The notes under the pieces were generated by a model. The model did no database searches, had not been told where the DNA came from, and saw nothing but the letters and a program-made list of their open reading frames with translations. This document shows positions 8,793 through 18,246 of a stretch of 41,148 nt of DNA, piece by piece (the first letter of the stretch is position 1; each line of letters begins with the position of its first letter). The stretch lies in assembly GCA_023247475.1 (NCBI GenBank), contig JAHFGK010000003.1, positions 1 to 41,148 of the forward strand, given 5' to 3'. The translations under genes were made by a program, and so were the position numbers. The DNA comes from Candidatus Omnitrophota bacterium. Its GTDB lineage: Bacteria; Omnitrophota; Gorgyraeia; Zapsychrales; JAHFGK01.

Positions 8793-10919
8793 TTAATTTC
8801 CTACTGAACTTTGTGAGCCTGTTTTCCTTTTGTTGAAACCCGTCCCTAAATCAAAAAGACCCATTTCAGGAAATGCCTTTAATCGAAAGACGATCCAAAT
8901 TTCATCCCCCTGTCCTTTTGTTTCATTAAAATTAATATCCATTTCCCATTCATGCAAATCGCGTGTCACGGTGAATTCTTGCTCTTTTTGGAGACCATTG
9001 AGCGCATCGAATCGTTCGTAAATTCTAAATCTCCATTTGGGGTTAATTTTATATTTAAACTCCGAGGTGATCTGATCATCGGCGTCAACATCAAATCGTT
9101 TTCCAAAATCGAAAGACCAGCGGGCCCCCGAGGTATTCAAATCAAAATTAACTGATTGAATTTTATCACGATGGGTATTATACGTAGAATCCAAAGCAAA
9201 TACCAGATAATCCGTCGGTTTCAATTCAACATTAGCCTTGATTTGATCGAACCCTCCTGTTCCAGGCATGTCTTTGAGTCGAAAATCCGTACTGACAATA
9301 GCACGTAACAGATCAACGTTTCTTAAATTCCGTTTTGTTTGCAATTTATTTTCTAAGGCAAAGGTAATGGTGTGGTTGCGCTGCATAGAATCTAAACTAT
9401 CAATTTGATCATATTGGGAATCAGGGATGGTGGGGTCATGCTGATAATTATACGTCACAGTGGGTGTGACGATATGTCTTAAGCGATTGATTTCTATTCC
9501 CCAGAGATTACTACGGAAATCAAAGACTTTATAAAATTTTGTACTTAAATCCGCTCCGGTTCTAAACGCTCCACGGATGGAATTATAATTATCCGGATCC
9601 AAGGCCTTGCTGTAATAGGCATGTTGTCCGCCAACACGTGGTTGAAATTCTATAAAGGAAATTTTTATAGGATAAGAAATCTCGTTATCGGTATGAACAC
9701 GCATGGTTTCTTTTCTGATTTCGGTTGGGCTGGCATCTTTTTTGGACAGGTTAGAATAAACGTTTGTACTTCTGAAAAAAAGTCCAGTATTGGCTATCGC
9801 TTGACTCGAGAGGTCATACTGTAACTCAGGCAAACGTTCGACACCCCCTACAAACCGATTAACCCGCTTATCCGTACGAAAACTGAATGTCCCTTTGGAT
9901 AAATGCCGCGTCAACAAAAAATACGTCGGGGGATTAGAATCTAAACGGTTTTCTTTCTTAAAATAATCCTTCAGAAGACCGTCATCGCTTAATTTATAAT
10001 ACTGTAAGATTGCATCGGTATTCTTATCGATCTCAACTTTATGCCTCCATTCGGCTTTAAATCGCTCGCGTTCAATAGTGGGGCTGGGACGCGGTTGATA
10101 AAAATGTTTGGAAGTAATACTTCGTTCATTCATATAATAGGTTCGAATGATACCGTTTCCCATCTTCGCCATGTTATATTTGATATCGAACCCTGAGGAA
10201 ATATCTTTCTTTTCGCGAGCGTCAAAATGGATCGTCCCTTTAAAGTTATCATTGATCTGATACTTCCATTGGGTTAAGGCAAAAGCTCCCCACTGTTTAT
10301 CATAACCAGGCGTGATCACAAAACGCGGTTCACCATTCAAAAGCTGTGTATAACGTGGTACATATAAAAGAGGAACTTTCCCCACCACTAACTTGGCATT
10401 ACGCGCCACCGCCTTTTCTCGTGGGTAAACGTCCACCTTTCTCGAAACCATTCGAAAATGCGGTTCGTCGAGATCACAAGTCGTTAGATAACCTCTTTTC
10501 ATGACAATGTGATTTTCTCCCACCTTAGAAACTTCTTGTCCCGCCCCATAAAAAGGCCTGGAGGTGATGTGTGCCTCGTTAAAATCTCCTTTCATGGTTT
10601 CAAAGTTAAATTTCAAACGATCGCCTTTCATTTCTCCTTCTTTCATGGTTACGACCACATGTCCTTCGGCAACGGCTATTTTAGAATCCCGGTAATACTC
10701 TAACCGATCACACGTTAAGGTTGTGTCTTGACGAACAATGCGCACATGACCTTCCGCCACAACTTTATTCTCCGCGATGGAAAATTCGACATTGTCACCA
10801 TTAACCTCAACAGAGGTGGGTTCCTGCTGGGCGTAAACCTTCAGAGTATTTGCGCACAATGCTATAAAACTAAAACAGAAAATATAAAAAATAGCTGGGA
10901 ATTTTGTTGTTGTATCCAT
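8793..10919 (-). CDS. lptD: LPS-assembly outer-membrane protein LptD (OstA family)
   Basis: 708 aa. It has a signal peptide (…FIALCANTLKVYAQQ). The OstA-like N-terminus is VEVNGDNVEF...AEGHVRIVRQDTTLTCDRLEYY...AEGHVVV. A long, beta-rich C-terminal region follows. Confidence 0.8.
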   Translation of the reverse strand: MDTTTKFPAIFYIFCFSFIALCANTLKVYAQQEPTSVEVNGDNVEFSIAENKVVAEGHVRIVRQDTTLTCDRLEYYRDSKIAVAEGHVVVTMKEGEMKGDRLKFNFETMKGDFNEAHITSRPFYGAGQEVSKVGENHIVMKRGYLTTCDLDEPHFRMVSRKVDVYPREKAVARNAKLVVGKVPLLYVPRYTQLLNGEPRFVITPGYDKQWGAFALTQWKYQINDNFKGTIHFDAREKKDISSGFDIKYNMAKMGNGIIRTYYMNERSITSKHFYQPRPSPTIERERFKAEWRHKVEIDKNTDAILQYYKLSDDGLLKDYFKKENRLDSNPPTYFLLTRHLSKGTFSFRTDKRVNRFVGGVERLPELQYDLSSQAIANTGLFFRSTNVYSNLSKKDASPTEIRKETMRVHTDNEISYPIKISFIEFQPRVGGQHAYYSKALDPDNYNSIRGAFRTGADLSTKFYKVFDFRSNLWGIEINRLRHIVTPTVTYNYQHDPTIPDSQYDQIDSLDSMQRNHTITFALENKLQTKRNLRNVDLLRAIVSTDFRLKDMPGTGGFDQIKANVELKPTDYLVFALDSTYNTHRDKIQSVNFDLNTSGARWSFDFGKRFDVDADDQITSEFKYKINPKWRFRIYERFDALNGLQKEQEFTVTRDLHEWEMDINFNETKGQGDEIWIVFRLKAFPEMGLFDLGTGFNKRKTGSQSSVGN

Positions 10920-10927
10920 TAATCTAA

Positions 10928-11860
10928 TTAATATTTTTTCAAAGCGTCTTTGACTAATACCTGAGCTCCCACAATACCAGCCACATCCCCCAATTTTGCT
11001 TTCTTAATCTTAACCATGGAGGCAGAAACTTTTAGCACTCGTTGCTTTATTGTTTTATAAATGGTTTTAAAAAGAAATTTATGGTTGTTGGCCACACCAC
11101 CACCAATAACAATGAGTCGTGGATTTAAGAGGTTAATCGCAGCCACCAAACCATTACCAATATGAACGGCTGTTTCTTCCCAAAACCGCAAAGCTCGTTT
11201 ATTCCCTTGTTTAGCTAAATCATAAACTTCCTCTAAAGCAATTGTCTTTCTCTGAAGCATTTGAGCAGCTTTTTCCTGAAGATATTTGTTGCCCACATAC
11301 CGTTCAAAACAGGCAAAACCTCCGCAGTTACATTTTGGTCCCTTCTCATTGAGTGGAACATGCCCTAACTCACCAGCGACAAATCCTTCTCCCCGATAAA
11401 GTTCATTATTTAAAATGAGCCCACTTCCGATGCCTGTTCCTAAGGTCATACAGATCATGTTTTGATAACCAGCCCCAGCTCCATATTTCCATTCTGCCAG
11501 CGTTATGACATTAACATCGTTATCAATAAATGTCGGGATGCCTAATTTATTTTCAAAAATCTTTTTAACTGGTACATTTCGCCACCCCGGAATGTTCGGC
11601 AGAAAATTAATTATTCCTCTTTCGGGATTAACCAAGCCAGGTAAACCAACTCCAATGCCTAATATGCTCTGCCTTTTTATTTGCTGAATGTCCAAAATAT
11701 TTTGAATCGCCTTTAAGAGGGCATTAATGAGGATATTTTTATTTTGCGTATAACTCTTTGTTGTTAAATTGGTTTTTACTTTGATATGTCCATTGAGGTC
11801 GACTAAGCCCAACTTGATATTGGTCCCCCCTACATCAACTCCCACAATCCATCGACTCAT
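10928..11860 (-). CDS. ROK-family sugar kinase (glucokinase-like)
   Basis: 310 aa. Motifs are IVGVDVGGTNIKLG, GTGIGSG and the zinc motif GHVPLNEKGPKCNCGGFACFE. Confidence 0.85.
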   Translation of the reverse strand: MSRWIVGVDVGGTNIKLGLVDLNGHIKVKTNLTTKSYTQNKNILINALLKAIQNILDIQQIKRQSILGIGVGLPGLVNPERGIINFLPNIPGWRNVPVKKIFENKLGIPTFIDNDVNVITLAEWKYGAGAGYQNMICMTLGTGIGSGLILNNELYRGEGFVAGELGHVPLNEKGPKCNCGGFACFERYVGNKYLQEKAAQMLQRKTIALEEVYDLAKQGNKRALRFWEETAVHIGNGLVAAINLLNPRLIVIGGGVANNHKFLFKTIYKTIKQRVLKVSASMVKIKKAKLGDVAGIVGAQVLVKDALKKY

Positions 11861-12110
11861 ATTTTCTCTAACATATTATTATTGTTAAAGATTAACGTCT
11901 ATTAAAATAAATTTAAAAAGAGAGTGTATTCTACATGAAAATAAACCTGTATTCAAGATGAATTGCCAGGTTTGGATTGCCAGGTTTTATATTGATCTTT
12001 CTATATATAGTGAAAATTAATATTCCCTTCTTAAGTCAAGAATTATTATTACAGCTAGTAATATAGTAAACTACACTTTAAACACCTCTACCGTCCTCAT
12101 TAATATCCAT

Positions 12111-14330
12111 CTATTCCGTCTTATTAGGGATAACAGGAAAAATGAGACGCGATTGGAATTGGGGATCATGAAAGATGGTCTGTGTCGCACTCATAGGTTT
12201 CTCTTCTGTCGCAATCAAACGCCCTGTATTTAGATTACAATCAAACCGTGGATAATTACTACTGGAAACTTCAAGACGAATACGATGTCCCTTCAAGAAA
12301 ACAATGCTCGTAGGCCAAAGGTCGATTTGAATCTCAGTAAGTTTGTCTATCCCGCTGTAATCACGACGCAGAATTCCTTCGGAGATATTGTAAGCTGCTC
12401 CATCCGGATAAACATCCACTAACTTTGCTGTAAAATCTGTGCTGGGTGCTGAGGTCGAGACATAAAGAAACAATTTAATGGGGCCAGTCACTTCAAGATC
12501 ATCTGTGAGCGGAAACGTACTATAGACTAAAACATCTGAGCGTTTTTCAATTTCATTTTGTAAAGCAATTCCTCCCTTAGGACCAAACAGTGTTCCTCCA
12601 ACTGTTGGAACTGGATTGCGTGGATCATAAACATAAGTGTCCGGTGATTCTGACAACCTGGGTGCGATCAACTCTAAACTTCCGTCACCAACAATACCGT
12701 TGGCTTTACCCTCACCTTTTAAATAATAAGGAGTATAAAGCGTCCGAGCAAGAGGCCATTCCTGTTCATCTCGCCAAACATTTTTTCCCATAACAAAAAT
12801 TCGTAAAGGAGAATTTGTTTGAAACCTTTCATCTTTATCCATAAGATGTTGGTCAAACCATGGCAAACTAGATGCCACAGTCTCAAGACGGTAATTCCTT
12901 AGACGAAATGCTCCCGGCAAGTTTACATCCCGGGCATGTGCCCAAGAGCCAATGATCAGACGACTGGCTTTCGCTACATCTGGATTAGCATACTGTTTAA
13001 TGCGAACAAAATCATCGAGCATCCCCGGCAGAAAAGCATCGTACCATCCGCCCATCATTAGCATAGGAGCACAAAGTGATTCAGGACGATTCACTCCGTT
13101 TATTTTCATCCAATAGCTGTCTAGCTTCGGATGCATGACCAACTGATTAAAAAAACTTATGTCTTGACCTACCCTATCATCAGCTTTAATAAGTGGGAAT
13201 CCATCATACCCAGGCTTAAGTGATTCCTGCGAAGGGGATTCTTCTTTTTTACCATCACTCCACACCGCCCAATAAAGAGCACTTGCTAATGAAAAAGCAC
13301 CTCCCGGATAAAGCATTCTGTACCAATCGGTACTACAAATCGATACAAACAAAGCCGACAGGCCAGGAGCAGTTTGATCAGCTAAGACCCACTGAGTATA
13401 ACCAAAATAGGAACCTCCCCACATTCCAAGCTTACCGTTAAACCATGGTTGCCTTGCAATCCAATTGATCGTCTCGATCCCATCCTGTCGTTCATTTTGA
13501 AAAGGTTCATAGCGTCCAGTAGAAGGAGGATAACCACGAATTGTTTGTACCACAGCCGTGTACCCTCGCTCTGCCCATATTCGGCAAACAATATCCGTCA
13601 TAATCTTATTCTTTATCGATACCGCTAAAGGAATTCGGATAAGAATGGTCGGCGTCTTCTTGATTCTTTGTGGATGATAGATATCAGATGCAAGAATTAC
13701 CCCATCGGATGTTCCCAATGGAACCTTTCGTTCTATCCGGGTAGCAAACTCTGTCTGTCTTAAACCAAGTTGAGAGGCCAAAACGGTTGGGGCAAGCTGA
13801 TAGGCAATCCAAAGTAGAATACCTGTGCTCACCAAAAAAATGAAAATGAATTTAATTAGTTTACGAGTTAGATGAGACGATCCAATATCGTCATATTTCT
13901 TGTGCTGTGTAGAATGCCAGTGGTAGGTCCCGACAATAAGAAGAAATGTTGCAAGTATCCAGTGAAAAAATATTGGAATTGATCCTCCCATCCATCGTTC
14001 ATGAGGATAAAGGCTCATTCGAATAATATAACGAATAATCATTATCCCAAGATATATAGAACCGAAAATTAAAAGACTGGCCCCGAGTTTACGATTAGGA
14101 GTTACAAAAAGTCCCTGATTTCGAGTGAAATCAATGCAGACTTTGCTAAAAAGGATAATGATCAAAATTTGACTAAAAAGAAGCCGCGGGTAAGGAACAG
14201 CACCGGAAAACCATTCTTCCATGGGTGGAAGGAATAGTGCCAATCCTTGGGCAACCAGAAATTGACCAATAACCCTTAAAATAAATAATGATAGTAAGAT
14301 CCATAAAAAGAGTGCTCGTTGCCATGCCAT
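12111..14330 (-). CDS. Polytopic membrane domain fused to a CocE/NonD (S15 X-Pro dipeptidyl-peptidase-like) serine hydrolase
   Basis: 739 aa. The first ~190 aa are very hydrophobic, with several predicted TM spans. The alpha/beta hydrolase nucleophile elbow is GMWGGSYFGYTQW. The C-terminus resembles PepX_C / a galactose-binding-like domain (LWPTSIVFLKGHRIRLEVSSSNYPRFD). Confidence 0.75.
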   Translation of the reverse strand: MAWQRALFLWILLSLFILRVIGQFLVAQGLALFLPPMEEWFSGAVPYPRLLFSQILIIILFSKVCIDFTRNQGLFVTPNRKLGASLLIFGSIYLGIMIIRYIIRMSLYPHERWMGGSIPIFFHWILATFLLIVGTYHWHSTQHKKYDDIGSSHLTRKLIKFIFIFLVSTGILLWIAYQLAPTVLASQLGLRQTEFATRIERKVPLGTSDGVILASDIYHPQRIKKTPTILIRIPLAVSIKNKIMTDIVCRIWAERGYTAVVQTIRGYPPSTGRYEPFQNERQDGIETINWIARQPWFNGKLGMWGGSYFGYTQWVLADQTAPGLSALFVSICSTDWYRMLYPGGAFSLASALYWAVWSDGKKEESPSQESLKPGYDGFPLIKADDRVGQDISFFNQLVMHPKLDSYWMKINGVNRPESLCAPMLMMGGWYDAFLPGMLDDFVRIKQYANPDVAKASRLIIGSWAHARDVNLPGAFRLRNYRLETVASSLPWFDQHLMDKDERFQTNSPLRIFVMGKNVWRDEQEWPLARTLYTPYYLKGEGKANGIVGDGSLELIAPRLSESPDTYVYDPRNPVPTVGGTLFGPKGGIALQNEIEKRSDVLVYSTFPLTDDLEVTGPIKLFLYVSTSAPSTDFTAKLVDVYPDGAAYNISEGILRRDYSGIDKLTEIQIDLWPTSIVFLKGHRIRLEVSSSNYPRFDCNLNTGRLIATEEKPMSATQTIFHDPQFQSRLIFPVIPNKTE

Positions 14331-14331
14331 C

Positions 14332-15504
14332 TTAAGCCTTCTCTTTTACTGTCAAAGTAATGGGTTTGAAAAGAAGTGGAACAGATATTTTACGAACATT
14401 AGGATCTGAAAATCTAAAAATCGCTCGATCCATAATAAAGTGGATATAAACCGATACAAAATTCAACGCTATGAATAGTTTGACAAGAACTGTATTAGCA
14501 AGCAGTAAAGAAAAGACTGCAAGGAAACTGTAACTCCCAGACATTTTTTCCGGATGAACTGCAAATTCAAATAATGGCGCTAATAAAACAGACCCTAAGC
14601 AAAGCACAAAAATAGTAGGCCAAAACCCTTTATTGAATCTATTCCAAAAATTATACCAGAGCGATCCCTTGGGAACCTCAGTAGTATCGTTCTGCGCCAT
14701 ATGCGCCCCTAAGGCAACTGAGACTAACCAATGCTGAACTCCCCATAAAATGAGAAAGCTGATAGGATCTAAAAAATAGGCGAAAACTCCTTGTAGCATC
14801 AAACCGAATACATAAAACATCTTGGGATGAGAAATCGGATTGTTTTTTAATTCTCCAACGTAAAATACAACGGACAAAAGCACGACAATCGTAGGCACTA
14901 TTAGACGAAGAATATCAAAAATTTTTAGAAAAAATACTCGAGGAATAATATTATAAATGAGTGAATCATTTACGACTTGTGCACCATGACATATCTGAGC
15001 AATGGCAACTAACACAGTTCCAACCGCGATACAAAAAAATCTCTCGTAACGTTTCAGCCAGCCTCCATGCGCTTGGCCTGCACGAATCCGATAAATACTT
15101 AATACACCGTAATGTTGAACTCCAAAGTGGTAAGAGTTATAAAGAAAAAAGATTGTCCCTAATATTTGTACTTTGCCCCATGTGTCTAGCTTTACAAAAT
15201 TATTAGGTACAAAAACAAAAGTAAATGTCAGTAACGTAACAATGGTCGGCCACAAGATGAATCGGGAACGTTCCATCCGAACCAAGTCGCGATAGGCAGG
15301 AGTGCAAAAAGCATTGTAGGTAGTAGCAAATCGATGAGATAGCCAAAACAGTGCTGTCCCTCCTAACAGCATAATCTGTAACGCGGTAGGCCTATTTGAA
15401 AATAACAACAATGGAGCCAGCAACCAAATGCCCGAAAGCATCCAAAAACCATCCCATCCTGCGGAACGTAACCACGGATTCTTTATTTCTGTCGCATTAT
15501 TCAT
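14332..15504 (-). CDS. Polytopic integral membrane protein of unknown function with conserved-looking His motifs
   Basis: 390 aa and hydrophobic almost throughout. His-containing motifs are WLSHRF, NSYHFGVQHYG, WGVQHW and YIHFIMD. The start shares 1 nt with the upstream stop (TGATG). The next gene's ATG follows this stop after 1 nt. Confidence 0.6.
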   Translation of the reverse strand: MNNATEIKNPWLRSAGWDGFWMLSGIWLLAPLLLFSNRPTALQIMLLGGTALFWLSHRFATTYNAFCTPAYRDLVRMERSRFILWPTIVTLLTFTFVFVPNNFVKLDTWGKVQILGTIFFLYNSYHFGVQHYGVLSIYRIRAGQAHGGWLKRYERFFCIAVGTVLVAIAQICHGAQVVNDSLIYNIIPRVFFLKIFDILRLIVPTIVVLLSVVFYVGELKNNPISHPKMFYVFGLMLQGVFAYFLDPISFLILWGVQHWLVSVALGAHMAQNDTTEVPKGSLWYNFWNRFNKGFWPTIFVLCLGSVLLAPLFEFAVHPEKMSGSYSFLAVFSLLLANTVLVKLFIALNFVSVYIHFIMDRAIFRFSDPNVRKISVPLLFKPITLTVKEKA

Positions 15505-17075
15505 CAGAGCTGCTCCTTTCTTTCGTTCAAATCTTCCCAGAATATTTTATATAAAGGTAAAACCTTAAACTGAGCAGAACTTGTCTCAACAGAACAATGA
15601 TTATAATTTCTCAATTTATCCACAAATTGTTTGTAATTTTGTACTACGATTTCAGGTTTAGCCAAACGATTGGATTTTCGTTTACTGGTATACTCTTCAT
15701 TTATCTCCATAAGGGCTTGATCGATCATTTCTGCTGAAATATCTGTTAAAAGACCAGTAGTATCTTTATCCATGATACATACAAACACGTATCCCGGCAC
15801 GCTTCCTTGATTAAGTTTTGGAAAACAAGTAAAGGCTATTTCTGAAATTTTAATGACGTCGCGGATATTTTGATACACCTGGAGCAATTGTTTGTCTGTG
15901 ATCTTTTCACCGGTAAACGAATAATTGAGTCCTATTCGTCCGATGAATTGAAGAATTGGAGTGTTATATTTAAAACCTAAACATTCAAAGATATCCTCGG
16001 TGTGGTACCGCTTAAATCCATAAGCATCTGAAATCAACATCGTATATTGATATCCCTCTTTAAGTTCCCATGGTTTTAAAATATTTGCTTCATTAATAGA
16101 TAGACCTGTTGAGACAAATTCATAACACACACCGCAATATATCGGCAATCCCCCTTGGGTGGATATCCCAGGATAAATTAAATAAGCGACGGTTTCTGTC
16201 GATAAAGAAAACATTGGGAAGAACTGAAGTGAAATTGGAGCGAATTGGCTTTTTACGTTGTCAATGAATGGCTGGACGTAACCACCGTCCCAGCAGTAAA
16301 TGACCTTCAATTCCGGAAATAATTCTTGAATTTGAGGAGATTGCGGCTGGTTGATTAGTTGCTTCACCCGTTTCATACGTAGATCGACATCAGGACCTAA
16401 CTTCTTGCGCAATTCCGTCACCCATAGCTCCTGAAAAATCTTGGCTAATTGTTGTCCCACTGCACTCCAATCGGTACGCACTTGCTCCATAAGAATATAA
16501 ATTGATGAAGGATTCGCCGTAGCCAGTAAAGACGGTTGACTTAATAGTAACATTGCCAAATGAAGTGTTTCCTGTCGATATTTGCTAGTGAGCTGTGCGA
16601 TCTCAGGCATAAAAACAATTGAATCAGAAAGAACCAAGTTTGCCAGAATTCGGGGAAGCGGTTCTCTGCATAATAAATTACTCACAGAGTTGTCGGCGGA
16701 CATGTTGGTAAAAAAATAAAAAGCAGGTTTATCAAGACCAAGGTATTTATATGCCAGTACGACTTGCTCTATGTAAATCCTCTGCAATTTCCGCAGACGA
16801 TGTTTGGGATAAAAAATTTGTTTCGGCTTATTCATCGTGCCTGACGTCCAGGCGAAATCTTTTGCTTCCCGACAAACCGAAGCCAAATCTGATATTCGAA
16901 TTCGTATAACATCACTGTAAGTTTCGATTTTGCTGTTTGAGATCTCATATCGCTGCGCCAACATGGTCTGCTCTCGCCTATAACGCAACAGTCGATATTC
17001 CAGAATCCAATAGAGCCACCACACCCAGCATCGGATAACAATTCGAGTTATTTTTCGATGGAAAATAAATTTCAT
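15504..17075 (-). CDS. GH3-family-like adenylate-forming (acyl acid-amido synthetase-type) enzyme
   Basis: 523 aa. FAWTSGTMNKPKQIFYP matches the GH3/ANL P-loop-like pattern (F-x-x-SSGTT-x-x-K-x-K-x-IP). FKRYHTEDIFECLGF resembles the GH3 YR-x-GD-V motif. The family call is by eye only. Confidence 0.5.
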   Translation of the reverse strand: MKFIFHRKITRIVIRCWVWWLYWILEYRLLRYRREQTMLAQRYEISNSKIETYSDVIRIRISDLASVCREAKDFAWTSGTMNKPKQIFYPKHRLRKLQRIYIEQVVLAYKYLGLDKPAFYFFTNMSADNSVSNLLCREPLPRILANLVLSDSIVFMPEIAQLTSKYRQETLHLAMLLLSQPSLLATANPSSIYILMEQVRTDWSAVGQQLAKIFQELWVTELRKKLGPDVDLRMKRVKQLINQPQSPQIQELFPELKVIYCWDGGYVQPFIDNVKSQFAPISLQFFPMFSLSTETVAYLIYPGISTQGGLPIYCGVCYEFVSTGLSINEANILKPWELKEGYQYTMLISDAYGFKRYHTEDIFECLGFKYNTPILQFIGRIGLNYSFTGEKITDKQLLQVYQNIRDVIKISEIAFTCFPKLNQGSVPGYVFVCIMDKDTTGLLTDISAEMIDQALMEINEEYTSKRKSNRLAKPEIVVQNYKQFVDKLRNYNHCSVETSSAQFKVLPLYKIFWEDLNERKEQL

Positions 17076-17076
17076 A

Positions 17077-18240
17077 CTATCCAGAGCAATATGTTTTAAA
17101 AGCTTTTTTTCTTAAACGATCTACATTAAAAAAAGGCACTAACCCAGCGTGAGGCAGTTGTTTAAAAGAAATTTTTCCTTTACGTGTGAAAGTCAGAGAA
17201 GGCTGAACCACATCCCACTTGTTTAAATAATTTCCAAAGCATCCTTCGTAATAGCGCAACCGGTCAGCCACAGCCGCGAAATGTAACCCGGCGTAAGCTA
17301 AAACGGAAGATTCTCCCACATAACAGCCAAGCTGCGTTTCTAAACCGCACTGCACAGCTCTTTGGTATAATTCCAAAGCTTTAAATAATCCTCCGTTTTT
17401 GGCAATACGAATGTTGATTGCCCGAAATGCTCCTTCCCGTATTATTCGTTCAAGATCTTCCATTGAACAAATTGTTTCATCGGCGCAAAAAACAATGTCA
17501 GATGCAAACTTTTTCTGAAATTTTTCTGAGATTTCCCAATCATGTTTTTGAAAAGGTTGTTCAAACCAGCGGATGCCATTGTTAGACTCAAGCATCCTGG
17601 AAAAATACTTCTCAGCGTGCTCGGATAAAAGGCTTCCATTAAGATCTAATCGCAAATCTATCGGATAAGGGAATGCTTTTCGTACAGTAGCCACGTAAGC
17701 TAAATCATCCTCGACTCGCCCTGTTCCCTTCACTTTTATACATTCAGCTTGTATGACTGTTCGATAAAAAAAATGGAGTGCAGAAAGTTTTAAGCCTGAA
17801 GCAAAAGGATAAACAGCGGAGTATTTCAAACTGTTGTCAGGATTCAACTTATCAGAACAAAATAATTCAGCTACAGGCTTGCCTTGCTGTCTTCCCCAAA
17901 GGTCAAACAAGGCCAGCTCCAAAGCACAAATAGCGCCATATTTTCCCGTCTTATCGGCACATTGATTCCAAATTGCTTTGATGAACTCTAAAGGATTATC
18001 GACAATGCTTTGGGTCAATTCTGGAGCTATTTGTTGGAGACACTGGATACTATCTTCTACATTTTCGCCGGTTACATAATCACGACAAAGAAATTCCCCG
18101 ATGCCGAAGTCGCCATCATCAGCAGACAAAATAATAAATCCTGTTGTGTTAGCAGTTCGATGGTGAAGAGCATGTTTTATAGAAAAGCGCAGTGGAATAT
18201 TTACCAAAAAAATTTCGACTTGTTTTATCCGCAAAGACAT
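17077..18240 (-). CDS. Enolase-superfamily enzyme, MLE subgroup (dipeptide epimerase / N-acylamino-acid racemase / OSBS-like)
   Basis: 387 aa. The KxK motif is IKVKG. Putative metal ligands lie in DLRLDLNGS, WFEQPF and FCADET. The second catalytic Lys context is IRIAKNGG. Confidence 0.75.
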   Translation of the reverse strand: MSLRIKQVEIFLVNIPLRFSIKHALHHRTANTTGFIILSADDGDFGIGEFLCRDYVTGENVEDSIQCLQQIAPELTQSIVDNPLEFIKAIWNQCADKTGKYGAICALELALFDLWGRQQGKPVAELFCSDKLNPDNSLKYSAVYPFASGLKLSALHFFYRTVIQAECIKVKGTGRVEDDLAYVATVRKAFPYPIDLRLDLNGSLLSEHAEKYFSRMLESNNGIRWFEQPFQKHDWEISEKFQKKFASDIVFCADETICSMEDLERIIREGAFRAINIRIAKNGGLFKALELYQRAVQCGLETQLGCYVGESSVLAYAGLHFAAVADRLRYYEGCFGNYLNKWDVVQPSLTFTRKGKISFKQLPHAGLVPFFNVDRLRKKAFKTYCSG

Positions 18241-18246
18241 GGTATT

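Noticed and set aside
11955-11990. A sigma54 promoter formed by the CTGGCA motifs in the 12-nt tandem repeat (minus strand TGGCAATTCATCTTGA).
   Set aside because: The GG-to-G spacing is off by one relative to TGGCAC-N5-TTGC, and the -12 element would be TTGA rather than TTGC.
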